From an uncultured Verrucomicrobiota bacterium (GTDB taxonomy: Bacteria > Verrucomicrobiota > Verrucomicrobiia > CAIQCK01), in assembly GCA_964524715.1 (NCBI GenBank), contig CAZGGF010000510.1, positions 850 to 64,849 of the forward strand: a stretch of DNA of 64,000 nt, given 5' to 3'. The notes beneath the pieces are model-generated. The model was not told the DNA's origin, did no database searches, and saw only the letters and a list, made by a program, of their open reading frames with translations. Made by a program: the position numbers and the translations under genes. Shown here one piece after another: positions 1 through 9,304 of this stretch. How positions within the stretch are numbered: position 1 is the first letter of the stretch; every line of letters starts with the position of its first letter.

Positions 1-1
1 C

Positions 2-340
2 GAGGCCGAGAACGAATCGAAGAAGCTCAAGACGCTGGAGTATTTCAACGGCATGCTCCACAACCGCAAGCTCGCGCCATTCGACGCGCTGGTGAGCGAC
101 GTGCGCAATTTTGGACTCTTCGTCGAACTGCCCGAACTGATGATCTTCGGGCTGGTTCACGTTTCAACGATTGACGACGACTTCTACAGTTTTGACGATG
201 TACGGCGACGCCTCATCGGCAAACGCAGCCGCCGAACGTTCAAAGTCGGCGACCGGGTCAAGGTGATCGTCTCGCGTGTGGACCTGTTCAAGCGGCAGGT
301 GGATTTCCAACTCGCCAGCACACAGTCATGTCCCAGGTAA
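2..340 (+). CDS. rnr: Ribonuclease R, C-terminal part (S1 domain); 5' end outside window
   Basis: Frame open from base 2 (EAENESKKLKTLEYF...), then FGLFVELPE..GLVHVSTIDDDFY.FD..RRRLIGKRSRRTFKVGDRVKV.V.RVD...RQVDF, the RNase R end/S1 signature. Confidence 0.88.
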   Translation, partial: EAENESKKLKTLEYFNGMLHNRKLAPFDALVSDVRNFGLFVELPELMIFGLVHVSTIDDDFYSFDDVRRRLIGKRSRRTFKVGDRVKVIVSRVDLFKRQVDFQLASTQSCPR

Positions 341-1164
341 CACCCAAACACGTCCTGACTGCTCTGCTGGCGCTGGCGCTAAGCGGTTGTGCCACAACCG
401 ACAGCGGCCCCCGGCCGCAAGTCACCCTCAGCAATGCCAGGGTGACGCAGATTGATTTTGGCGGCGTGGATCTGCGCTTCAACCTTGCGGTCAAGAATCC
501 GTCCGACCGCTACGTGAGGCTGGACGCTTACCGATGGGACTTTATCGTTGCCGGCAAGAAACTGGCCAAGGGCCATAGCACCGGTTCTCAGCCGGTGGAC
601 TCCAGCAGCGATCTGGTGGTTCCGATTGAAGTGTCGGTGAAGAACGGCGCCGTGTTCGATGCCATTCACTCCGATCATCCAAAGAAACTGCCGGCCTACG
701 AATTGCGCCTGGTCGCCCTTTTCGCCGGTGGTCTTATGACGTTGCCGCAGGATTTCGAGAAACGCGGCGAGTTGCCGATTCTCTACAAACCGGCTGTGAC
801 GTTGCAGAACTTTCGTATCATAAAGCAAACTGCCGATGCCGCGACGATTCAGTTCGACGCCCTGCTGGAGAACCTCAACAATTTTCCAATTCATCTCGAC
901 AAAACGACCGCCAATCTCCATCTCGCAGGCCGCCCTGTCGCGCAGGAGTTTCAAACCAAACCGCGGGATATCCCTGCACACGGCCGCGCGGTTGCTGACT
1001 ACGAATTGGATCTCGACCTCGCCGTGCTCGGCGAAACCGTCGTCAACGCACTCCGCCAGAATGAGGTGAGCTATCAGTTCGACGGCACAACGGCATTCGA
1101 CACCCCCTGGGGCCGAAAGTCATTGAACTTCATGCAGTCTGGCCGGCTGCAGATCAAACGCTAG
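328..1164 (+). CDS. LEA type 2 (WHy-domain) lipoprotein, two tandem LEA_2 domains
   Basis: Lipobox LALSGC; two repeats (LAVKNPSD..., LLENLNNFPI...) of the LEA_2 beta-sandwich pattern. Confidence 0.75.
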   Translation: MSQVTPKHVLTALLALALSGCATTDSGPRPQVTLSNARVTQIDFGGVDLRFNLAVKNPSDRYVRLDAYRWDFIVAGKKLAKGHSTGSQPVDSSSDLVVPIEVSVKNGAVFDAIHSDHPKKLPAYELRLVALFAGGLMTLPQDFEKRGELPILYKPAVTLQNFRIIKQTADAATIQFDALLENLNNFPIHLDKTTANLHLAGRPVAQEFQTKPRDIPAHGRAVADYELDLDLAVLGETVVNALRQNEVSYQFDGTTAFDTPWGRKSLNFMQSGRLQIKR

Positions 1165-1173
1165 CGTTGCGCC

Positions 1174-2253
1174 ATGGTGCCGCCTGTCGTCACCCCCGGC
1201 CGTCCAGAGTTGCTGAGTGCATTGCATTCTGAAATCGCCGCCCACGGGCCGCTGACGTTTGCGCGGTTCATGGAAGTGGCTTTGTATCACCCTCGATGGG
1301 GCTACTACACAGCACCCGACGCGGCCAACCGCATTGGCCGCGACGGCGACTACTACACCAGTGTCTCCGTCGGCACTCTGTTCGGCAGACTACTGGCGCT
1401 GCAGTTCGCCGAGATGTGGGAGATCATGGGCAGGCCGGCGGAATTCACGTTGCTGGAGCTTGGCGCGCACCGCCGCCAGCTTGCCGCAGACATTCGCGCG
1501 TGGACCTCGCGCGAACACCCCGACTTCAACGCTGCGCTCGATATGGTCGCGCTGGATTATCCCGGCCAACCGCCGGATGCCATCACGGGGTGTGTTTTCT
1601 CCAATGAACTCGTGGACGCGTTGCCGGTGCATCTCATCACCCGACGCGACGGCGAATGGCTGGAGATGTTCGTGGCCGAGAGCGATGGCGGGCTTGCGTT
1701 CACAACAGGCCGCCTCTCCAGCGATGCCTTGCAGGAAGAGGTCGCGCGATTGCCGTTGCCGAATGCCGACGGTTTCGTCACGGAAGTCCATCTGGAAGCA
1801 CGGCGCTGGATGGAGCGCATTGCTCGCTGCCTCCGACGCGGCTTCGTAGTGACGATCGACTATGGCTATCTGGCCGAAGACTACTACGCCCCGCACCGCA
1901 AGGCGGGCACCCTGCTCTGTTATCACCAGCATCGGAGCAATAACGATCCGCTGGCCCGCGTCGGCGAGCAGGACATCACCGCCCATGTCAACTTCACGGC
2001 ACTCGTTGACCATGGTGCCAGACATGGGTTGCCTCTGCTCGGCTATTGCGATCAATCCCGGTTCATCGCCGGTTTGATCGAGAAGGCTGGACACGGTTTT
2101 CTTGCGGGACTATCGCTCAAAGCTGCCGCGCAACTTAAGACGTTGTTGCACCCGGAACTGATGGGCCAGACCTTCAAGGTGCTCGTGCAGCACCGAAACA
2201 TGGAAGATGCGCGGCTCAGCGGCTTGAAGTTCTCGAGCAGCGTCGCGTCCTGA
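1174..2253 (+). CDS. SAM-dependent methyltransferase, MidA/NDUFAF7 family
   Basis: GPLTFARFMEVALYHP.WGYY, GDYYTS, LELGA, SNELVDALP, IDYG, QDITAHVNF, MGQTFKVL motifs. Confidence 0.88.
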   Translation: MVPPVVTPGRPELLSALHSEIAAHGPLTFARFMEVALYHPRWGYYTAPDAANRIGRDGDYYTSVSVGTLFGRLLALQFAEMWEIMGRPAEFTLLELGAHRRQLAADIRAWTSREHPDFNAALDMVALDYPGQPPDAITGCVFSNELVDALPVHLITRRDGEWLEMFVAESDGGLAFTTGRLSSDALQEEVARLPLPNADGFVTEVHLEARRWMERIARCLRRGFVVTIDYGYLAEDYYAPHRKAGTLLCYHQHRSNNDPLARVGEQDITAHVNFTALVDHGARHGLPLLGYCDQSRFIAGLIEKAGHGFLAGLSLKAAAQLKTLLHPELMGQTFKVLVQHRNMEDARLSGLKFSSSVAS

Positions 2254-2260
2254 AGCCGCG

Positions 2261-2662
2261 TCAGGATTCCCGGCGCGGACCCCAATCAAACGCGCCTTTC
2301 TTCAATGCGTAGATGAAGCCGACAAAAAGGATGCCGATGAACGCCAACATCGAGAAGAACACTTGCGAGCCCACCCCGGGATCCTTCACCAGCGACTTGA
2401 ATACCACCGCCCACGGATAAAGAAACACCACCTCGATGTCGAACAGGATGAACAACATCGCGACGAGATAGAACTTCACCGAGAACCGTGTATGAGGCGC
2501 CGTGATCGGCAGCATTCCGCACTCGTAGGCCGTGTCTTTGATCGCCGGCCGCCGGCCCTTCTGGCCCATCAGCGTCGACATCACCAACAGCGCCGCCGAA
2601 AACGCGAAGGCGATGATGATCAACATCCCAATCGGAAGATACTGGTTGAATTCCGGACTCAT
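2261..2662 (-). CDS. nuoA: NADH-quinone oxidoreductase subunit A
   Basis: K.TAYECG, RFSVKFYLVAMLFILFDIEVVFLYPWA, YALKKGAFDW; three TM helices. Confidence 0.95.
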   Translation of the reverse strand: MSPEFNQYLPIGMLIIIAFAFSAALLVMSTLMGQKGRRPAIKDTAYECGMLPITAPHTRFSVKFYLVAMLFILFDIEVVFLYPWAVVFKSLVKDPGVGSQVFFSMLAFIGILFVGFIYALKKGAFDWGPRRES

Positions 2663-2671
2663 GACTGAGCG

Positions 2672-2700
2672 ACGTTACGTTCGCCGGAGAACCGAGGCAA
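2672..2700 (-). promoter_or_regulatory. sigma70-like promoter of nuoA (TTGCCT-17-TAACGT)
   Basis: -35 at 2700-2695, -10 at 2677-2672, 17-nt spacer, 9 nt before ATG 2662. Confidence 0.55.
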
Positions 2701-2744
2701 GCGAGAAACTTCATTTCCTTCGCCAGATTCGATTCATGTCCTTC

Positions 2745-2773
2745 TTGAAACCTCCTCCGCCCTCCCCTAGCCT
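2745..2773 (+). promoter_or_regulatory. sigma70-like promoter (TTGAAA-17-TAGCCT), likely leaderless
   Basis: -10 ends 6 nt before ATG 2780; no Shine-Dalgarno. Confidence 0.55.
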
Positions 2774-2779
2774 GCTTCC

Positions 2780-3838
2780 ATGGTCTGCTTGATTCTAGCC
2801 GCTGCGCTCAGTGTATCGTTCAGCGTCACAAACGACACACCCGTGTCGCGCCGCCACGCACTGGTCTCGGCCGAATTGCCCTTGCCTGCGGGCGCGGCAA
2901 GCGACTCAAAGCAATTGCGCATCGTCGGCTACGACCAACTCTCCGTGGCTGCGCAGATCACCCCGACCGCCAACTGGCCCGACGGCTCTGTGAAGACCGT
3001 CCTCGCGATGTTCACTTGCGACATCGAATCGACGGACACCAAGACGTGGTCACTCACCACCGGTCGTTCGACGACGCGGGACCGAGAAGAAGCGCGCACA
3101 ATCTCCGAAGACGGCATCCTCATGCTGAACACCGGCAGGATGTGCTATCGCCTGGGCGACCATCTCAATCTGCTCGCCCTCGAACCAACCGACGGCAAGC
3201 CCTTTGTCGCTTCGCCGGCCGAACCCGCCGCTGTCGAAGAGAATGGCCCGGTGCGCGCCGTTGTTCGACAAGAAGGCTGGCTGGTGCGCGACAACGAGAA
3301 ATCGTTCCGTTACACCCGGCACTACACCGTCATCGCCTGTCAACCAGCCGTGCGCGTAACCACCCGGATTGAACCTGCGACTGGCGCCAACCCCATACCG
3401 ATCAAATGCGCCGCCTTCACGGTTCGTCCCGCCCCCCAACACCGCAGAACCATCGTCCTCGCCACCGCTGGCGGCACGAGCACGCTCGCACCGGGGGACG
3501 CGCGCCGGCTCGAACAACCAGTTGTTCAAGCACGGCTTCTTTCCGACCAGCAACATCCCGGCTGGATTGACTTCCGCGGCGACACCACGGGGATGCTGTT
3601 CGCGGTCAAACTCTTCTGGCAGCGAGCGCCAAAGGCCCTTGAGATCATGCCTGACGGAACCGCACGCTACGAAATCCACTCCGCCGCCGCCCCGCCGTTG
3701 AGCATCACAGCCACCGCGCCCCTGACGGATGAATTCGTCCTGGCGTTCCACGCCGATGGCGAGAGCTTCGACAACGCGCTTGTGGAGATGAACCAGCCGT
3801 TGAAGGTTGTGCTCAAGCCGCCGGTTGCGAAGCCGTAA
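2780..3838 (+). CDS. Protein resembling the N-terminal and central beta domains of YetA/PL26-like exo-rhamnogalacturonan lyases, lacking the catalytic toroid
   Basis: LPLPAG...WPDGSVK and EENGPVRAVVR..G, FWQRAPKALE motifs; only 352 aa. Confidence 0.5.
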   Translation: MVCLILAAALSVSFSVTNDTPVSRRHALVSAELPLPAGAASDSKQLRIVGYDQLSVAAQITPTANWPDGSVKTVLAMFTCDIESTDTKTWSLTTGRSTTRDREEARTISEDGILMLNTGRMCYRLGDHLNLLALEPTDGKPFVASPAEPAAVEENGPVRAVVRQEGWLVRDNEKSFRYTRHYTVIACQPAVRVTTRIEPATGANPIPIKCAAFTVRPAPQHRRTIVLATAGGTSTLAPGDARRLEQPVVQARLLSDQQHPGWIDFRGDTTGMLFAVKLFWQRAPKALEIMPDGTARYEIHSAAAPPLSITATAPLTDEFVLAFHADGESFDNALVEMNQPLKVVLKPPVAKP

Positions 3839-4547
3839 CGCGCTCCCAGAACCGGGCCAGATCCTCCGGCAGCGGCACGGTCCACTCAACCGGTTCCGGT
3901 TGGCCATACGGAACCCGAAGCCGCCACGCGTGCAGCGCCTGCCGCGGTAACAGCAGTTTCTCCAACAACGCCGGCGTCACGCCCGTCTCGATGAACTTCA
4001 AATAAAGCCGTTCGTCGCCGCCGTAAATCTTGTCGCCAACCACCGGATGGCCGATGTGCGCTAGATGCACGCGAATCTGGTGCGCGCGCCCCGTGTGCAA
4101 TTGTATCCGCAACATCGTGAAGTTCTTTGCCCGATGCTCCACCCACCACTCCGTTTGCGCGTGCTGGCCATCCGCTTCGACGCCGCGCTTGATCGCCACC
4201 TCGCGACCGCGCGCAAATCCTATCGGCGCATCAACAACCCCGTGTTCGCCATCCACACGCCCGTGCACGATGGCAAGGTATTCCTTGGTCACCTGCTTCT
4301 TCAAAAACGCGCGATGAAGTTGCGCTGCCATCGCCGCATCCTTCGCAATCAACATCAGCCCGCTCGTCTCGCGATCCAGCCGGTTGACCATGAACGCCTC
4401 CTCGCGCCCAAAGTGGGCACGCACTCGCCCGACCAGGCTGGAAAGCGGCCCATTCTTCGACGGATGGCAGACGAGGTCCGCCGGCTTGTTCACGACTAAC
4501 AGCCGGTCATCCTCGAATACCACGTCCACTAAAGGCGATTCGCTCAC
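3813..4547 (-). CDS. RluA-family pseudouridine synthase
   Basis: LVVNKPA, NRLDRETSG (catalytic Asp), KEYLAIV, TGRAHQIRVH, HPVVGDKIYG, QALHA; start placed at GTG 4547 (TACTGT 6 nt upstream). Confidence 0.92.
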   Translation of the reverse strand: MSESPLVDVVFEDDRLLVVNKPADLVCHPSKNGPLSSLVGRVRAHFGREEAFMVNRLDRETSGLMLIAKDAAMAAQLHRAFLKKQVTKEYLAIVHGRVDGEHGVVDAPIGFARGREVAIKRGVEADGQHAQTEWWVEHRAKNFTMLRIQLHTGRAHQIRVHLAHIGHPVVGDKIYGGDERLYLKFIETGVTPALLEKLLLPRQALHAWRLRVPYGQPEPVEWTVPLPEDLARFWERVTASQPAA

Positions 4548-4639
4548 GCCGCCACAGTAGCCGACTCCGCCTGTCCAGAAAAGCCATGCTCGCAAAAACT
4601 TCGTCAACCCTCTACCATTCGCCGCAAAGGTAGATACTC

Positions 4640-6034
4640 ATGACACCTCACATGACTTCCCGTTCATCCATCCTGTCCATCAGCCTCGCCGTATTGCTTG
4701 CAGCCTTGACCTCGTACGGGGCCACGCCCGCCTCGGAGGGACTGCGTCTGGCCACGTTCGACGTCGACGCCACGCCGCCCGTCGGCTCAATGCTCGCATA
4801 CGATCCAGTCGTCCGCGTCGACGAACTGACGCTGCGATGCCGGGGCATCGTGCTGCTTGGCGCGGGCGAGCCGATTGTGCTGTGCTCCGTGGATTGGATT
4901 GGCATCGCCAATGAGTCGCAGGACGCCTTCCGCGAGGCATTCGCCAAGGCCGCCGGCACGATACCCCAACGTGTCGTCGTTCATACCGTGCACCAGCACG
5001 ACGCACCCGGCTGCGATTTCACGGCTGAACAACTGTTGAAGAAAGCGGAAGCGAAAGATCTCGGACGCTTCGAGAGTACCTTCACGCGAAAGGTGATCGC
5101 CCGCGCAGCAGACGCCATACGAACCGCCGTCGCTGAAGCGAAGCCCGTGACCCACTGCGGCTGGGGCGAAGCCGAAGTCAAGGAAGTGGCGTCAAACCGG
5201 CGCATTCCGGGACCCGATGGCCGCATTCGCGCCACGCGTTACACCACGTGCAAAGACCCGAAAATGCGCGCGGAACCCGAGGGCATCATTGACCCACGCG
5301 TGTCATTGCTGAGCTTCTGGAACAATAAGAAACCGTTGGCGGTTCTGAGCTACTACGCATGCCATCCTCAAAGCTACTATCGCATGGGCATTCCCAGCCC
5401 TGACTTTCCGGGCATCGCGCGTTTCTTCCGCCAGCAAGCCGTGCCAGAGGCGTTGCACATCCACTTCAACGGCGCCGGCGGTAACATTGGCGCGGGCAAA
5501 TACAACGATGGCGCTCGCGAAAACCGTGTTGCGCTCGCGTTGCGATTGGCCGATGGCATGAAACGCGCCTGGGACGCGACGCAAACCTTCCCCGTAAGCG
5601 CAGCGAACGTCCAGTGGCGCGTGGAGCCGGTCGCGTTGCCCGTGGCGGTCCATCTTGACGAGGCGAAGCTGCGCGCGGACGTGGCAAATCAGAAGAACCC
5701 CAAGGTCGCACTGGACGCCGCCGATCACCTCGCGTGGCTGAGCCGCTGCAAGAGCGGCCATAAGATTAACATCGCGATGTTGGGAATCGGCGACGCGCGA
5801 GTCTTGCTCATGCCGGGCGAGCTTTTTGTGGAGTATCAGCTTGCCGCCAAGAAGATGCGCCCCGACCTCCACGTAATGATGGCCGCCTACGGCGAATACG
5901 GTCCCGGCTACATCGCCACCGCGCACGCCTACACGGAAGGCGGCTACGAAGCCAGCGCCCGCGCCTCCGATGTCGCACCAGAGGTGGAAGGCGTGCTGAT
6001 GACGGCTGTGAGGAAACTGTTGGAAGCCAATTGA
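4640..6034 (+). CDS. Exported neutral/alkaline ceramidase-like protein (paralog 1)
   Basis: Signal peptide; DATPP, VHQHDAP metal-site variant, [27 protein letters not shown]. Confidence 0.7.
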   Translation: MTPHMTSRSSILSISLAVLLAALTSYGATPASEGLRLATFDVDATPPVGSMLAYDPVVRVDELTLRCRGIVLLGAGEPIVLCSVDWIGIANESQDAFREAFAKAAGTIPQRVVVHTVHQHDAPGCDFTAEQLLKKAEAKDLGRFESTFTRKVIARAADAIRTAVAEAKPVTHCGWGEAEVKEVASNRRIPGPDGRIRATRYTTCKDPKMRAEPEGIIDPRVSLLSFWNNKKPLAVLSYYACHPQSYYRMGIPSPDFPGIARFFRQQAVPEALHIHFNGAGGNIGAGKYNDGARENRVALALRLADGMKRAWDATQTFPVSAANVQWRVEPVALPVAVHLDEAKLRADVANQKNPKVALDAADHLAWLSRCKSGHKINIAMLGIGDARVLLMPGELFVEYQLAAKKMRPDLHVMMAAYGEYGPGYIATAHAYTEGGYEASARASDVAPEVEGVLMTAVRKLLEAN

Positions 6035-6047
6035 TCTTCTGACGCCA

Positions 6048-7706
6048 GTGAATACAACCTTCGCCGCAATCGTTGCCAGTATCGTTTTCTGCGCCGTCAG
6101 CTATGCGCAAACGCCACAACCGCTGAACCCCGGCGATGCCCCGGTCGCAATACCCACGTTCCACTGTCTCGGACTCTACTGGTCGCCGCCTGCTGGCGCA
6201 GCGGACAAGGCGGTTCAGGTTCGTTATCGCCGGCAAGGCACATCGGAATGGAACGACGCCCTGCCGATGCGCTACAATCCGATCCCCAAGACCGACGAAG
6301 ACCTCGCCGACTACCGCGGCAGCATCGTCCATCTCAAACCCGCCACGACCTACGAAGTCCACATGTCCCTCGCCGGAACACAGACATCCACGAATCTCAT
6401 CGCCACAACCTGGAACGAACAGATTCCCGTCGGCGAAACGATCCGTGTGGGCAACCGCGACACACCGCTGGCGATCACAGAGTCAGGAACGCCGACAGCA
6501 TGGCGCGTCTATGACGGACGAGGCGCGGCGATTGACGTGCGTCACCGCCATGATTCCTGCATCACGGTCAACGCCTCCCACGTGATTCTGCGCGGCTTCA
6601 CACTCAAAGGCGCTGGTGCTGCCACCAACGTCAGCAAAAGACCCATCGGCGCCATCCGTATCGAGGGCGGCCACGACATCCTCATCGAGGACTGTGACAT
6701 CACCGACTGGGGCCGGCTCAATCCCAAAACCGGGTTTGGCTTCAACATGGATTCCGCCATCCTTTCATTCAACGCCGAGTTGAAGCGCCTCATCGTTCAG
6801 CGATGCAAGCTGCATCATCCAACTTACGATGGCAGCACATGGTCCGAGCCGGTCTATCCCACACACACGATGGGGCCGCAGTGCATCTCGCTCTTCAACA
6901 CCGCTGGCAATCACGTCATCCGCTACAACGAATGTTTCTCCGACCTCGACCACATGTATAACGACGTGATTGGCGGCGGCAGCAATGGCAGCTTCCGCGG
7001 CTCGCCGGGCCACGACTCCGACATCTATGGCAATTTCATCAGCCACTGCTGGGACGACGGTCTGGAGGTGGAAGGCGGCAACCGCAACGTGCGCATCTGG
7101 GACAACTACATCACGCAGTGCATGAACATGATCGGCAACGCGGCGACTTCCATCGGCCCGCTATACGTCTGGCGCAATGTTGTCACCCACAGCCAGTCAA
7201 AACCCGGCGCAGGCGGCATGCACTTCTTGAAGATGGGTTACGCCACCAGCGAAGACTGGATGACCGGTCACCAATACATCTTTCACAACACCCTCTTCCG
7301 CTCCGACGACTGGCTGCCGGTCGGCGGTTTCGGCGGCAACCGCATCGTCAAGCACACCGTCTCGCGCAACAACATACTCCACATCCGCTCTGCCAATGGC
7401 CGCAGCCACAGCGACGCGAAGCAAAACATCGACAACGATTACGACTACGACCTCTACAACGGCCAGATTCCGGCTGGCAGCGAAACCCACGGGGTTCGTG
7501 GTGAACCCGTCTATGCCGAAGGCGCTGGCTTCGATGCCGCAACCAAGACCGGCCGTTTCCAACTCGCCCCAACCAGTCCCGGTGCAAACGCTGGCCAGGC
7601 CATTCCCAATTTCAGCGATGGTTACACCGGCAAAGCTCCCGACATCGGCGCCCACCAACGCGGCGCTCTGCCGTTCCGTTATGGAGTCCACGCAAGCCAA
7701 CCGTGA
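6048..7706 (+). CDS. Exported protein with FN3-like N-domain and right-handed beta-helix (pectin-lyase fold)
   Basis: Signal peptide; YR..G..EW / LKPATTYEV FN3-like part; repeated I..N coils; PDIGA end. Confidence 0.7.
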   Translation: MNTTFAAIVASIVFCAVSYAQTPQPLNPGDAPVAIPTFHCLGLYWSPPAGAADKAVQVRYRRQGTSEWNDALPMRYNPIPKTDEDLADYRGSIVHLKPATTYEVHMSLAGTQTSTNLIATTWNEQIPVGETIRVGNRDTPLAITESGTPTAWRVYDGRGAAIDVRHRHDSCITVNASHVILRGFTLKGAGAATNVSKRPIGAIRIEGGHDILIEDCDITDWGRLNPKTGFGFNMDSAILSFNAELKRLIVQRCKLHHPTYDGSTWSEPVYPTHTMGPQCISLFNTAGNHVIRYNECFSDLDHMYNDVIGGGSNGSFRGSPGHDSDIYGNFISHCWDDGLEVEGGNRNVRIWDNYITQCMNMIGNAATSIGPLYVWRNVVTHSQSKPGAGGMHFLKMGYATSEDWMTGHQYIFHNTLFRSDDWLPVGGFGGNRIVKHTVSRNNILHIRSANGRSHSDAKQNIDNDYDYDLYNGQIPAGSETHGVRGEPVYAEGAGFDAATKTGRFQLAPTSPGANAGQAIPNFSDGYTGKAPDIGAHQRGALPFRYGVHASQP

Positions 7707-7770
7707 ACAGGTTCTTCATCGAGCTTGACGAATGCCATGTGCAAAGTTCACAAATGATCTAGAGGTCGAT

Positions 7771-9285
7771 ATGCTTCACTTCAAAAGCCTTCTCTTCTTC
7801 TCCGCCATTGGCACACTTGCTCTTGCGTTTGGATTGATCCCGCCGCCCGTGAAGGCCGCAGAGCTTTGGGTAGGCGCTGCAACGGCGGACATCACGCCAG
7901 ATCGGCCCGTTCCGCTCACTGGCAACACCTCCGTGCGAATCGCCCGCGAAATACAAAGTCGTCTCACTGCCAACGTCCTTGCTTTGGAGTCGCGTGAAGA
8001 CGACCGCACAGTGGATCAGGCGATCATGGTCGCGTGTGATCTGTGCGTCATCCGGCCGGGGATTCAGGAGGGATTCCGCAAATATCTGGCCGGACGGTTG
8101 CCGGGTTTCGATCTCAATAAACTTTTTCTGGCCGCAACCCACACCCACGCGGCGCCCGTGCTTCTCCAGGACCGCTATGACGTCAAGGAATACGGCGACG
8201 CCATGCAGCCCAAGGAGTATGTGCCGTGGTTGTATCAGAAGATGGCAGAGGCGGTTGTAAAGGCTTGGGAGAGTCGCTCCAAGGGTAACGTGGCTTGGGG
8301 CCTGGGTCATGCCGTCGCCTGTCACAATCGCCGCGTGGTTTACAGCGATGGCACGGCCAAAATGTATGGCGCTATCAACGTCCCAGAATTCCGCGGGCTT
8401 GAGGGCTATGAAGATCATGGCGTTCATGTGCTCTGTTTCTACGACTCGCAGAAACATCTCAAGGCGGCCGTCATCTCTTTGGCCACCACGGCCCAAGCTG
8501 CGGGCGGCAACAAGGTCAGCGCCGACTTTTGGCATGATGTACGCCAGGCGATTCACAAGCGGCACGGCGAGGCCGTGTGCGTGCTGGGGTTCTGCGGCAC
8601 GGCGGGCGACCAGACTCCGCGGGCGCATCTGAATCTGAAGAGCGAACAACGCATGTGCAAACTACGCGGCCTGGAATACGGCCAGGAAATCGGCCGACGC
8701 GTTGCCGACGCGTTCGAAGACGTGGCGGCTGTCATTGCCAAGGATATCCGCGCGGACGTGCCGCTGATCCATCGGGTCCGGCAAGTCGAATTGCCCACGC
8801 GAATCGTCACTGATGACGAATACGCCATCGCCAAGAAAGTCTGCACAGAGATCGACAACACGACGACCCGGAAGAACACGGATTATTGGACACGAGGTCT
8901 CTACAGCTTCATAGCCGAGCGCTATCTCGCACAACAAAAGGGCGACTGGAAAACCTACGAGGTGGAGATGCACGTGCTGCGATTGGGCGACGTGGCAATT
9001 GCCACCAGTCCATTCGAACTGTTCACGGACTATGGCGTGCAAATCCAAGCCCGCAGCCCGGCCACTCAAACGTTCCTGATCCAGTTGGCTGCTACTCAAC
9101 GGCAACATGCCTACTATCTGCCGACGCCGCGTGCGGTTGCGGGCGGCGCATTGAATGAACGGCCATTCACGAACTACAGCGCCACGGTCATGAGCAACAC
9201 CGTCGGTCCGGAAGGCGGACAGATGCTGGTAGATCGCACGGTCGCTGAGATCAACGAACTCTGGAAATCCCCCGCGAAGCAGTAA
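7771..9285 (+). CDS. Exported neutral ceramidase-like protein (paralog 2)
   Basis: GAGG RBS before ATG 7771; GAATADITP, ATHTHAAP, SADFWH, PFELFTDYG, GPEGGQ. Confidence 0.75.
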   Translation: MLHFKSLLFFSAIGTLALAFGLIPPPVKAAELWVGAATADITPDRPVPLTGNTSVRIAREIQSRLTANVLALESREDDRTVDQAIMVACDLCVIRPGIQEGFRKYLAGRLPGFDLNKLFLAATHTHAAPVLLQDRYDVKEYGDAMQPKEYVPWLYQKMAEAVVKAWESRSKGNVAWGLGHAVACHNRRVVYSDGTAKMYGAINVPEFRGLEGYEDHGVHVLCFYDSQKHLKAAVISLATTAQAAGGNKVSADFWHDVRQAIHKRHGEAVCVLGFCGTAGDQTPRAHLNLKSEQRMCKLRGLEYGQEIGRRVADAFEDVAAVIAKDIRADVPLIHRVRQVELPTRIVTDDEYAIAKKVCTEIDNTTTRKNTDYWTRGLYSFIAERYLAQQKGDWKTYEVEMHVLRLGDVAIATSPFELFTDYGVQIQARSPATQTFLIQLAATQRQHAYYLPTPRAVAGGALNERPFTNYSATVMSNTVGPEGGQMLVDRTVAEINELWKSPAKQ

Positions 9286-9304
9286 CCACCTCCTTGAAGA
9301 ACCC

